From the NCBI GenBank assembly GCA_027491395.1, contig JAOZFI010000021.1, positions 1-13,115 of the forward strand: a stretch of 13,115 nt of DNA. The letters run 5' to 3'. The translations under genes were made by a program, and so were the position numbers. Source of the DNA: Thermoproteota archaeon (GTDB taxonomy: Archaea > Korarchaeota > Korarchaeia > Korarchaeales > Korarchaeaceae). Positions 6,561-13,115 of the stretch are shown piece after piece (position 1 is the first letter of the stretch; each line of letters begins with the position of its first letter). The notes under the pieces were generated by a model, which was given only the letters and a program-made list of their open reading frames with translations, was not told where the DNA came from and made no database searches.

Positions 6561-7325
6561 TCAGTACTGCCTGTACTCCCAGTTCTTGGCGTCCATCTCT
6601 TCTATGAACTTCACAAGAAAGTCCACGATAGCGTTTAACATCTTCTCCCCCTTCTCCTTGGTTGCCTTGGTGGGATCGCCAGTCGCACCGTACGGTGTGA
6701 GCTCGTCGAAGGTCCAGACTATCTTTATATGCTCAGGAAGCTTCGGAACCACGCCCTTCGCGGCTTCCATGTCCACCAGCTCTGGAGCTATGGCCAAGTT
6801 TATGGAGGTCTCCCCCTCTCCAGCGTGTCCAAGCCCCTCCCACACCTCGAAGGTGTCGGGAGGCAGGAGTTTGCCAGCAGTCACCCACCAAGCATCGAGA
6901 ACCGCGATTTTTGCGTCCTTGTGCTGTACCTTGAACTGCCTGGCAGCTATCTCTATGGGCTCGATGTTTCCGTCGTGCCCGTTGATGACGAGAAATTTCC
7001 TGATCCCGTGCTTGTAAAGGCTCTCGAACACATCCCTGAGAACCGCTACGACGGTCTCAGGCTTGAGAGACACGGCTATCGGGAACATGGCGTAATGTTC
7101 GCTCATCCCGTAGGGAAGGGGAGGGACTACAAAGGCCCCCTTTACTCTCTTAGCCACCTCCTCAGCTATTTTTGTGGAGACTATAGTGTCTGAGCCGAAT
7201 GGAAGGTGATCCCCGTGGTTCTCGCAGCTACCAACCGGGATCAGGGCTTTGTCATAATTACCTTCCCTGAACTTCTTCCCGTTCAGGAAGAGGAGGTTCA
7301 CATCCTTGTCGAGGATTATCCCCAT
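6561..7325 (-). CDS. Creatininase-family (creatinine amidohydrolase/ArfB/MftE-like) metallo-amidohydrolase, about 254 aa
   Basis: Metal-binding motifs PVGSCENHGDHLPFGSD, YGMSEH, INGHDGN, HAGEGETS and GATGDP-KATKEKG. Likely start is ATG 7325, after SD AGGTGA; the track's GTG at 7334 is part of that SD. Confidence 0.92.
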   Translation of the reverse strand: MGIILDKDVNLLFLNGKKFREGNYDKALIPVGSCENHGDHLPFGSDTIVSTKIAEEVAKRVKGAFVVPPLPYGMSEHYAMFPIAVSLKPETVVAVLRDVFESLYKHGIRKFLVINGHDGNIEPIEIAARQFKVQHKDAKIAVLDAWWVTAGKLLPPDTFEVWEGLGHAGEGETSINLAIAPELVDMEAAKGVVPKLPEHIKIVWTFDELTPYGATGDPTKATKEKGEKMLNAIVDFLVKFIEEMDAKNWEYRQY

Positions 7326-7360
7326 GGATGTCACCTAATGTGATCTAGATACCTATGAGA

Positions 7361-7375
7361 ATAGTATAATCTTTG
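7361..7375 (-). promoter_or_regulatory. Putative BRE/TATA promoter for the creatininase-family gene
   Basis: Minus-strand CAAAGA-TTATACTAT lies about 40 nt upstream of the ATG and leaves room for the SD. Confidence 0.45.
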
Positions 7376-7389
7376 CCATTCGACCATCA

Positions 7390-7406
7390 GAATAAATGGG
7401 AAAAAG
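7390..7406 (-). terminator. Oligo-T terminator after livM
   Basis: Minus-strand CTTTTTCCCATTTATTC immediately follows the TAA stop. Confidence 0.5.
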
Positions 7407-7407
7407 T

Positions 7408-8412
7408 TTAAGACCGCTTTGACTCCTCACCGGCCTTAAGCCATCTCCTGACCACAGTAGGCAGCTCTTCCTCCAGAATACCTCTGGGTTTGTATATCAT
7501 AATGGCAACTAATAGGGCCGAGAAGATCAATTCGACGAGACCGTAAAGGCCCGTAGACTCCTCCACGGGCTTCAATACCTGCATGAGAACGGTGAAGAGG
7601 ACCGCGCCAAGCCACGCCCCTGATATCGTGTACATGCCACCGACAATGAGCATTATGATGATGTTGAAGGTAAGGACGAAGGAAAAGGCCCTGGGATCTA
7701 TCAAAGTGATCAAATGAGCGTAGAGACCGCCAGCGACCCCGGCAAAAAAGGCTCCTATCACAAAGGCCACTAGCCTGTATCTGAATGTATCTATGCCTAG
7801 GCTCTGGGCGGCGATGCTGTCCTCCCTGATGGCTATCATTGCTCTACCGTGGTAGGAGTCGACTATCCTCCACGTCACATAGATGGTGAGGCCCAGCCAG
7901 AGGTAGATCCACCAGATGTTGGTGTACTCGGGAATGCCGCTTATCCCCAAGGCTCCTCTCGTTATGGGCTCCATGTTCAGGAGGAGGGAGTAAACGACCG
8001 CCATGAAGCCTAGGGTTGCGACGGCCAAGTAGTGCCCCCTTAGCCTGAGGACGGGGAAGCCTATAACGAAAGCTATCGCCGCGGCCAAGAGCCCTCCAAC
8101 TATGAGAGCTGCCGGATAGGGTAGATAAGCTCCCTTCAAGATCTCAGGAAGCTCGGGAAAGTAACTGGGCCTCTTCTCTAGAGGGAAGGTCAGTAGAGAG
8201 GCCGTGTATGCCCCGACGGCCATGAAGCCCACATGGCCCAAGCTGAACACGTCGGTGAAGCCGTTGGTCAGCCCCAAGCTCACGGTGAGGATCGCGTATA
8301 TCCCCATGAGCTCTATCAGATACATGTGGTAGCCGGAGGCGAAACTGTCGATCAGCAGCAGGAGGGCGGCGCCGATCAAGGCAGTCAGCAGCACCCTCTT
8401 GGCATACCTCAT
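7408..8412 (-). CDS. livM: Branched-chain amino acid (HAAT/LIV) ABC transporter permease, LivM-like
   Basis: Motifs FSLGHVGFMAVGAY, LRLRGHYLAVATLGF, GRAMIAIREDSIAAQSLGI and AGVAGGLYAH. The true start MRYAKR at 8412 overlaps the livH stop (ATGA). The track extension to 8676 lies inside livH. Confidence 0.93.
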   Translation of the reverse strand: MRYAKRVLLTALIGAALLLLIDSFASGYHMYLIELMGIYAILTVSLGLTNGFTDVFSLGHVGFMAVGAYTASLLTFPLEKRPSYFPELPEILKGAYLPYPAALIVGGLLAAAIAFVIGFPVLRLRGHYLAVATLGFMAVVYSLLLNMEPITRGALGISGIPEYTNIWWIYLWLGLTIYVTWRIVDSYHGRAMIAIREDSIAAQSLGIDTFRYRLVAFVIGAFFAGVAGGLYAHLITLIDPRAFSFVLTFNIIIMLIVGGMYTISGAWLGAVLFTVLMQVLKPVEESTGLYGLVELIFSALLVAIMIYKPRGILEEELPTVVRRWLKAGEESKRS

Positions 8413-9302
8413 ACTCGCTCCACCTCCCTGCCGAAGAGGCCGTAGGGCCTGATCAGGAGTATTATTATGAGGATCAGGAATGAGATGCCGTCCCTGAGCC
8501 CGGAGTACTCGGGCGGAAGGAGGCCCACCGAGTATATCTCCGCGTAGCCCAAGATGTAGCCTCCCAGCACGGAGCCCGTCAGGCTGCCTATGCCCCCGAC
8601 GACGGCAGCTATGAAGGCCTTCACACCGGGCATGAAGCCCGTGGTGGGATCGACTTGGCCGTACATGCCTCCCCACAGGAAGCCCGTCAGAGCAGCGACC
8701 ATCGAGGCGAGGGCGAACGCGATCATTATGATGCGGTTAGCGTCGATGCCCATGAGTACGCTCGCCTCCAAGTCGTCGGCCGTGGCCCTCATGGCTATGC
8801 CCACCTTCGTCTTGGTGAAGAAGAGGACTAAGGCGGCGAACAGGACGAGCGTTAAGACTATGGTGAAGATCTCTATGACCCTCACGGAGAAGTCCCCATA
8901 CCTGTAAACCCCCTTCAGGAACTCGGGCAATGGGAACACCCGGGGCTGCGGGGTTGCGATGATCCTCACGAGGTTCTCCAAGAATATGTAGACCCCCAGC
9001 GAGGTGATCAGCATTGAGAGCTCAGGCCCCCCCCTCAGGGGCCTGTAGGCGAAGAAGTCTATTGTCACGCCCAATACGGCCCCTAGCGCCATCGAAAGGG
9101 GCAGGGAGGTTATTGGATCGAGTCCCATGGACAAGAACATTATGTAGAAGTAGGCGCCAACCATCAGCATTGCTCCGTGAGCGAAGTTGATGAGCCTGAG
9201 GATCCCGTATATTATGCTCATGCCTATCGCGAGGAGGGCGTACATGCTCCAGAGGACGAAGCTCCCTATGAACAGATCCAGAATGTAGGTTGCGCTGACC
9301 AT
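8409..9302 (-). CDS. livH: LIV ABC transporter permease, LivH-like
   Basis: Motifs YALLAIGMSIIYGILRLINFAHG, TKVGIAMRATADD, KAFIAAVVGGIGS and LLIRPYGLFG. SD GGGGTGA precedes the start. Confidence 0.95.
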   Translation of the reverse strand: MVSATYILDLFIGSFVLWSMYALLAIGMSIIYGILRLINFAHGAMLMVGAYFYIMFLSMGLDPITSLPLSMALGAVLGVTIDFFAYRPLRGGPELSMLITSLGVYIFLENLVRIIATPQPRVFPLPEFLKGVYRYGDFSVRVIEIFTIVLTLVLFAALVLFFTKTKVGIAMRATADDLEASVLMGIDANRIIMIAFALASMVAALTGFLWGGMYGQVDPTTGFMPGVKAFIAAVVGGIGSLTGSVLGGYILGYAEIYSVGLLPPEYSGLRDGISFLILIIILLIRPYGLFGREVERV

Positions 9303-9306
9303 GGCA

Positions 9307-10017
9307 TCACCCCAAATATGCTTTCACCATGTCCATGGAGAGGACCTCCTCGGGCTCTCCGCTCGCGATTATCCTGCCGGTCTGGATCACGTAGATGTAG
9401 TGCGAGTGAGTGAGCGCCTTCTTGACGTGTTGCTCCACCACGAGCACAGTCGTTCCCTCCTCATTTATCTTGGAGATCGCATCGTAGAGGACATCCACCA
9501 CTCGGGGAGCCAATCCCAGTGATGGTTCGTCCAGCAGCAGGAGTTTGGGGTTGCTCATCAGTCCCCTAGCTATGGCGAGCATCTGCTGCTCCCCTCCACT
9601 CAGGGAGCCGGCTATCTGGTTCCTCCTCTCCTTCAGAATGGGAAAAAGCTGGTAGACGAACTCCAGCCTGTCCCCAAAGTCCTTAACGGTGTAGCCTCCA
9701 ACCACAAGGTTCTCGTAGACCGTGAGCCTGTGGAATATCTTCCTACCCTCCGGGACTAGAGATATACCCTTCCTCACCCTCCTATGGGGCGGTACCTTGG
9801 TTATCTCTTGGCCCTCGAAGGAGATGCTGCCTCCTGTAACTTTCCCTCCTACCAGAGATATGGTGCCGGATATGGCCCGGAGGGTCGTCGTCTTGCCAGC
9901 CCCGTTGCTCCCGAGCAGGCTCACGACCTGACCCTTTCTCACCTGAAAGCTTATCCCCTGGACAGCTACTAGGGGACCGTAGCTCACGAATAAATCCTTG
10001 ACATCCAAGAGGGTCAT
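9307..10017 (-). CDS. livF: LIV ABC transporter ATP-binding subunit, LivF-like
   Basis: Walker A GSNGAGKTT, VPEGRKIF, signature LSGGEQQMLAIAR, Walker B LLLLDEPSLGLAP and VEQH. Confidence 0.96.
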   Translation of the reverse strand: MTLLDVKDLFVSYGPLVAVQGISFQVRKGQVVSLLGSNGAGKTTTLRAISGTISLVGGKVTGGSISFEGQEITKVPPHRRVRKGISLVPEGRKIFHRLTVYENLVVGGYTVKDFGDRLEFVYQLFPILKERRNQIAGSLSGGEQQMLAIARGLMSNPKLLLLDEPSLGLAPRVVDVLYDAISKINEEGTTVLVVEQHVKKALTHSHYIYVIQTGRIIASGEPEEVLSMDMVKAYLG

Positions 10018-10779
10018 TCAGGTCCCTCCCAGATACACTTCTATTACCTTGGGATCACTGACTACCTCGTCGTAGGTCCCCTCGGCGATTACCCTCCCGT
10101 GATCGAGAACTTGCACCCAGCTACAGAGTCCCTGAATCACCTTCATTCTGTGCTCGACGATGAGGACCGTGAGGTCGAAGCTCTCCTTTATCTCCCTCAC
10201 CTTGGATATGAGTTCCTCGGCCTCCTTAGGATTCATCCCGGCGGTGGGCTCGTCCAGCATGAGGAGTTTAGGCTTGGTGAGGAGGCTCCTCCCTATTTCT
10301 ACAAGCCGCTGTATCCCGTAGGGGAGCTCCCCTGCGAGCCTATCGGCATACCCATGTATCCCGAGCTCCATCATAATCTCGTGGACCTCTCGCTCCCCAG
10401 CCTCCTCCTCTCGGGCGTATCTGGAGTTCATGAACACGGTGTCCAGCAGGGAGTAGGAGAATGATTTGTGCCTCCCTATCAGGAGGTTCTCCATGACCGT
10501 GAGCCTCCTGAATATGCGCAGGTTCTGGAAGGTCCTAGCTATGCCAAGTTCCGACACCCTGTTGGGTGGCAAGCCCGTTATGTCCCTACCCTCGAACCTG
10601 ACCGAGCCTCCGTCCGGCCTGATGTAGCCCGTTATGAGGTTGAACACCGTGGTCTTCCCGGCTCCGTTGGGACCTATTAGGCCGTAAATCTCCCCCCTAG
10701 GAAGATCTAAACGATAATCGTCCACGGCCAAGAGTCCGCCGAACCTCTTGGTCAGTCCCCTGACTTCCAAGAGGGACAA
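10018..10779 (-). CDS. livG: LIV ABC transporter ATP-binding subunit, LivG-like
   Basis: KRFGGL, Walker A GPNGAGKTT, GIARTFQN, LPYG, LMLDEPTAGMN, VEH and VIEVYLG. TTG start follows GGGTGA. Confidence 0.96.
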   Translation of the reverse strand: MSLLEVRGLTKRFGGLLAVDDYRLDLPRGEIYGLIGPNGAGKTTVFNLITGYIRPDGGSVRFEGRDITGLPPNRVSELGIARTFQNLRIFRRLTVMENLLIGRHKSFSYSLLDTVFMNSRYAREEEAGEREVHEIMMELGIHGYADRLAGELPYGIQRLVEIGRSLLTKPKLLMLDEPTAGMNPKEAEELISKVREIKESFDLTVLIVEHRMKVIQGLCSWVQVLDHGRVIAEGTYDEVVSDPKVIEVYLGGT

Positions 10780-10790
10780 GAAATCACCCT

Positions 10791-10812
10791 GTAAAAAAGT
10801 GGGTTGAGGGGG
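10791..10812 (-). terminator. Intra-operon oligo-T terminator between the binding-protein gene and livG
   Basis: Minus-strand CCCCCTCAACCCACTTTTTTAC, with T6 at 10798-10793, sits in the 34-nt gap. Confidence 0.55.
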
Positions 10813-10813
10813 T

Positions 10814-12031
10814 TTAAGGTATCGGGTTCAGGGCCAGCTCGGCCGGAGGCATGTACTCGGGTGTGAGCTGCTCCAAGGTCACGAACTTCCCGTTCTTGAC
10901 CTGAAGGACGGATACAGCCTTCTGAGGAACGTGGCTCTGTGGGGAATAGGTTATGGTGCCAGTGACGGCGGGGAAGCCCTTTATCTGCTCCAACGCATTC
11001 TTTATCGCTGTTGGATCGGTACTTCCGGCCTTCTTTATGGCCTCCGCCAGCAGCATCATCGCGTCGTAGCCGAGGGCAGCGAAGGCGTTCTCAGGCTTCC
11101 TACCGTACTCCTTCTGGTAAGCCTCTATGAACTTCTTCACCCTATCGTTAGGCGGCACGTCTAGCGAGACGTGGGTCGCGAATATGGTTCCTTCCGCGGC
11201 CTTCCCGGCGACCTTCACCATCTCAGGCGTGTCGAAGCCGTCCTCACCCAGAATGGGCAAATCTATTCCCGCATCCCTTATCTGCTTTATGATGAGGCCC
11301 ACATTACCCGGCGTGGCGCCTATGTAGATCGCATCGATTTTCTCGGACTTCATCTTGTCCTTCAGCCTGGCTATCTGAGCGGAGTAGTCCTTGTCGTTGG
11401 TGTGGAAGGTGTCTATGTAAACTATGGAGTTGGGATCCCCGGTGTAATGCTTGAATGCGTCCACGAAGTACGTGCAGACGGCTCTACTGAAGTCCATCTC
11501 CACATCGACCCAGACAACGACCTTCTTGTAGCCTAGCTTCTTCACTGCATACTCAGCCACGGCAGCCGCCTGAGCGTTGTCTCCAAATGCAGCCAAGAAC
11601 ATGTAGTTGCCCACCCACTGTGGGAGGAGCGGGTGAGTGGCTCCACTGGTTATGAAGGGTATCTTGTTCGCCTGGGCTATCTCCCCTGCTATTCTAGCGA
11701 AGTTGGTGTCTCCGTAACCTATCATGGCGACGACTCCTTCCTGCACCAGTCTCTTGGCGGCTGCAGCCGTTTCGGTCTGGTCCGACTTAGTATCTATCAG
11801 GATGAGCTTTATCTTCTTCCCGTTAATTCCACCGGCCTCGTTTATCTGCTTGACCGCCAGCTTCACTCCATTGGCGGCCGGAGCGTCTATGGATCCCATG
11901 AAGCCTCCTATGTTGTAGAGGGCCCCGACCTTGATCTCCTGAGCGCCAGCACCGCCCTGCAGGGCGAAGTAGGCAGCAACTATGACCACAATCATCACTA
12001 CTATTCCTATCACTAGGTTCCTCGTATTCAT
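10814..12031 (-). CDS. LivK/LivJ-family substrate-binding protein with an N-terminal membrane anchor, about 405 aa
   Basis: N-terminal hydrophobic helix (LVIGIVVMIVVIVAAYFAL), EIKVG, INEAGGINGKKI, SGATHP, DYSAQI, DGFD, ALGYDA and VTGTI. Likely start is ATG 12031, 7 nt after SD GAGGTG. Confidence 0.93.
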   Translation of the reverse strand: MNTRNLVIGIVVMIVVIVAAYFALQGGAGAQEIKVGALYNIGGFMGSIDAPAANGVKLAVKQINEAGGINGKKIKLILIDTKSDQTETAAAAKRLVQEGVVAMIGYGDTNFARIAGEIAQANKIPFITSGATHPLLPQWVGNYMFLAAFGDNAQAAAVAEYAVKKLGYKKVVVWVDVEMDFSRAVCTYFVDAFKHYTGDPNSIVYIDTFHTNDKDYSAQIARLKDKMKSEKIDAIYIGATPGNVGLIIKQIRDAGIDLPILGEDGFDTPEMVKVAGKAAEGTIFATHVSLDVPPNDRVKKFIEAYQKEYGRKPENAFAALGYDAMMLLAEAIKKAGSTDPTAIKNALEQIKGFPAVTGTITYSPQSHVPQKAVSVLQVKNGKFVTLEQLTPEYMPPAELALNPIP

Positions 12032-12083
12032 TCCATGACACCTCTCTCGGGCCCCTTGAGGCCTCATTTTCTTTGAAGCAACT

Positions 12084-12100
12084 AAAATATAAGCTCTATT
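12084..12100 (-). promoter_or_regulatory. Putative TATA box of the ABC transporter operon
   Basis: Minus-strand AATAGAG-CTTATATTTT lies about 55 nt upstream of ATG 12031. Confidence 0.5.
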
Positions 12101-12150
12101 GGAAAAGAAACTTATTCGAATTCCAGAAGCCGGCAGAAAGACCCCTTCTC

Positions 12151-12180
12151 GTTTCTGTGCAGGTAGAATTGCATAGAAAC
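12151..12180. repeat. Inverted repeat with 11-bp arms in the divergent intergenic region
   Basis: GTTTCTGTGCA (12151-12161), an 8-nt spacer, then TGCATAGAAAC (12170-12180): 10 of 11 Watson-Crick pairs plus one G-T. Confidence 0.75.
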
Positions 12181-12267
12181 AGAGGTGCTCTATGGTTAAT
12201 TTAATGAATTACCTTAAGAATTTTGCGTCAACATTCGAATGAATTAATAAGGAAAATTTTTAATTAG

Positions 12268-12283
12268 ACAGATTATTTATAAG
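12268..12283 (+). promoter_or_regulatory. Putative TATA box of the asparaginase-family gene
   Basis: TTTATAAG at 12276-12283, followed by SD-like AGGTGG at 12304-12309 before GTG 12314. Confidence 0.55.
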
Positions 12284-12313
12284 ATTTCATGGATTAATGA
12301 CCTAGGTGGAAAA

Positions 12314-13115
12314 GTGGAGCAGCTTCTTTCTCTCAGGACAGATGAGCCTTTCAGGGTCGTCGTTCATGGCGGAGCTGGTAGAATACCTGAGGACAAGGCT
12401 CCTCTGTATGCAGAGGGTGTCAAGAAAGCAGTAAACATCGGGTTGGAGGTCTTGAGAGGCGGGGGAAGCGCTCTGGACGCGGTTGTCGAAGCCGTGGCGT
12501 ACATGGAGGACAATCCTACTTTCAACGCAGGCAGGGGATCCGTCCTTAATAGGGAGGGGTTCATCGAGATGGACGCCATTGTGATTGAAGGTTCCTCCCT
12601 CTCAATGGGTGCCGTGGCAGCTGTGAGGAGGGTGAAGAATCCGATCAGGTTGGCCAGAGTAGTGATGGAGAGGACGGATCACAATATGTTCGCGGGCGAG
12701 TGGGCAGATAGGCTGGCCGAGGTCATGGGGCTCGAGCTAGTCGATCCCTCATACTTCCTAACAGAGAGACGTAAGAGAGAGTGGGAGGAGATGAGGACAG
12801 GGAAGGTGAGCCCCTCCAAGGAATTCATGTACTCCACAGTTGGAGCTGTCGCAATAGACGAAGGTGGAAACTTAGCTGCAGCCACATCCACAGGAGGCAC
12901 CCCCCTGAAGATGCCCGGGAGAGTGGGCGATACCCCTTTGGTTGGTAGCGGTGCATACGCTGACAACACGCTGGGAGGGGCTAGCGCCACTGGACTGGGG
13001 GAGTCCATAATGAGGGTAGTCCTGTCGAAGACAGCGCTGGACCTTGTTTCCCAAGCCATGGATCCAGCCAGCGCTGCCCAGAGGGCCATCGAGATCATGG
13101 AGAAGAGGGTGGGGG
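12314..13115 (+). CDS. iaaA: Isoaspartyl peptidase / type-2 (plant-type) L-asparaginase, Ntn hydrolase (runs off the right edge)
   Basis: Not in the ORF track. Manual translation: MEQLLSLRTDEPFRVVVHGGAG...SALDAVVEAVAYMEDNPTFNAGRGSVLNREGFIEMDA...VKNPIRLAR...YS-TVGAVAID...AATSTGG...PGRVGDTPLVGSGAYADN...SATGLGE. The nucleophile Thr codon is at 12836-12838. Confidence 0.93.
   Translation, partial: MEQLLSLRTDEPFRVVVHGGAGRIPEDKAPLYAEGVKKAVNIGLEVLRGGGSALDAVVEAVAYMEDNPTFNAGRGSVLNREGFIEMDAIVIEGSSLSMGAVAAVRRVKNPIRLARVVMERTDHNMFAGEWADRLAEVMGLELVDPSYFLTERRKREWEEMRTGKVSPSKEFMYSTVGAVAIDEGGNLAAATSTGGTPLKMPGRVGDTPLVGSGAYADNTLGGASATGLGESIMRVVLSKTALDLVSQAMDPASAAQRAIEIMEKRVG

Noticed and set aside
8413-8676. 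88-aa N-terminal extension of livM
   Set aside because: It is an alternative frame inside livH. The real start is the ATGA overlap at 8412.
9027-9034. C8/G8 homopolymer in livH as a phase-variation site
   Set aside because: The gene is in frame (R-G-G-P) and intact, and one sequence gives no evidence of slippage.
12028-12067. Upstream in-frame ATG 12067 and a Met-Glu-stop mini-ORF (12036-12028) overlapping the binding-protein start
   Set aside because: 12067 lies at or before the expected TSS. The mini-ORF ATG is only 2 nt from the SD, whereas ATG 12031 has normal spacing.
1-13115. CRISPR arrays, tRNA/rRNA genes, IS elements, integrases
   Set aside because: No periodic repeats, cloverleaf signatures, transposase or integrase ORFs, or terminal inverted repeats were seen. 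Nearly all of the sequence is explained by the listed genes.

Overview
Chromosomal region of a thermophilic archaeon. Evidence for this: GGAGG/GAGGTGA Shine-Dalgarno (SD) sites, TATA-like boxes about 25 nt before starts, oligo-T terminators and AGG/ATA codons; a Korarchaeota-like origin is only a guess. Gene order: 5' part of a PfkB sugar kinase (-), an orphan beta-class amino-methyltransferase with a large C-terminal extension (+), a single-domain TsaA/TrmO-like protein (-), aconitase A (+), a DUF973-like membrane protein (+), a creatininase-family amidohydrolase (-), a five-gene LIV-type ABC transporter (-), and the 5' part of an isoaspartyl peptidase/type-2 asparaginase (+). The two genes cut by the window edges are absent from the ORF track, and several track starts are too long. 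The main finding is the methyltransferase. It looks like a single-chain pseudo-dimer: an intact catalytic domain with almost no target-recognition domain (TRD), fused to a degenerate, catalytically dead MTase copy that carries a roughly 260-aa TRD with an SH3-like segment, a Zn ribbon and an HTH. No restriction nuclease lies nearby. Secondary findings are a possible amide/damaged-peptide salvage locus, an R-to-D change in the TrmO signature, and structured intergenic elements. No tRNA, rRNA, CRISPR array or mobile element was seen. All calls come from reading the sequence by eye; no searches were run.
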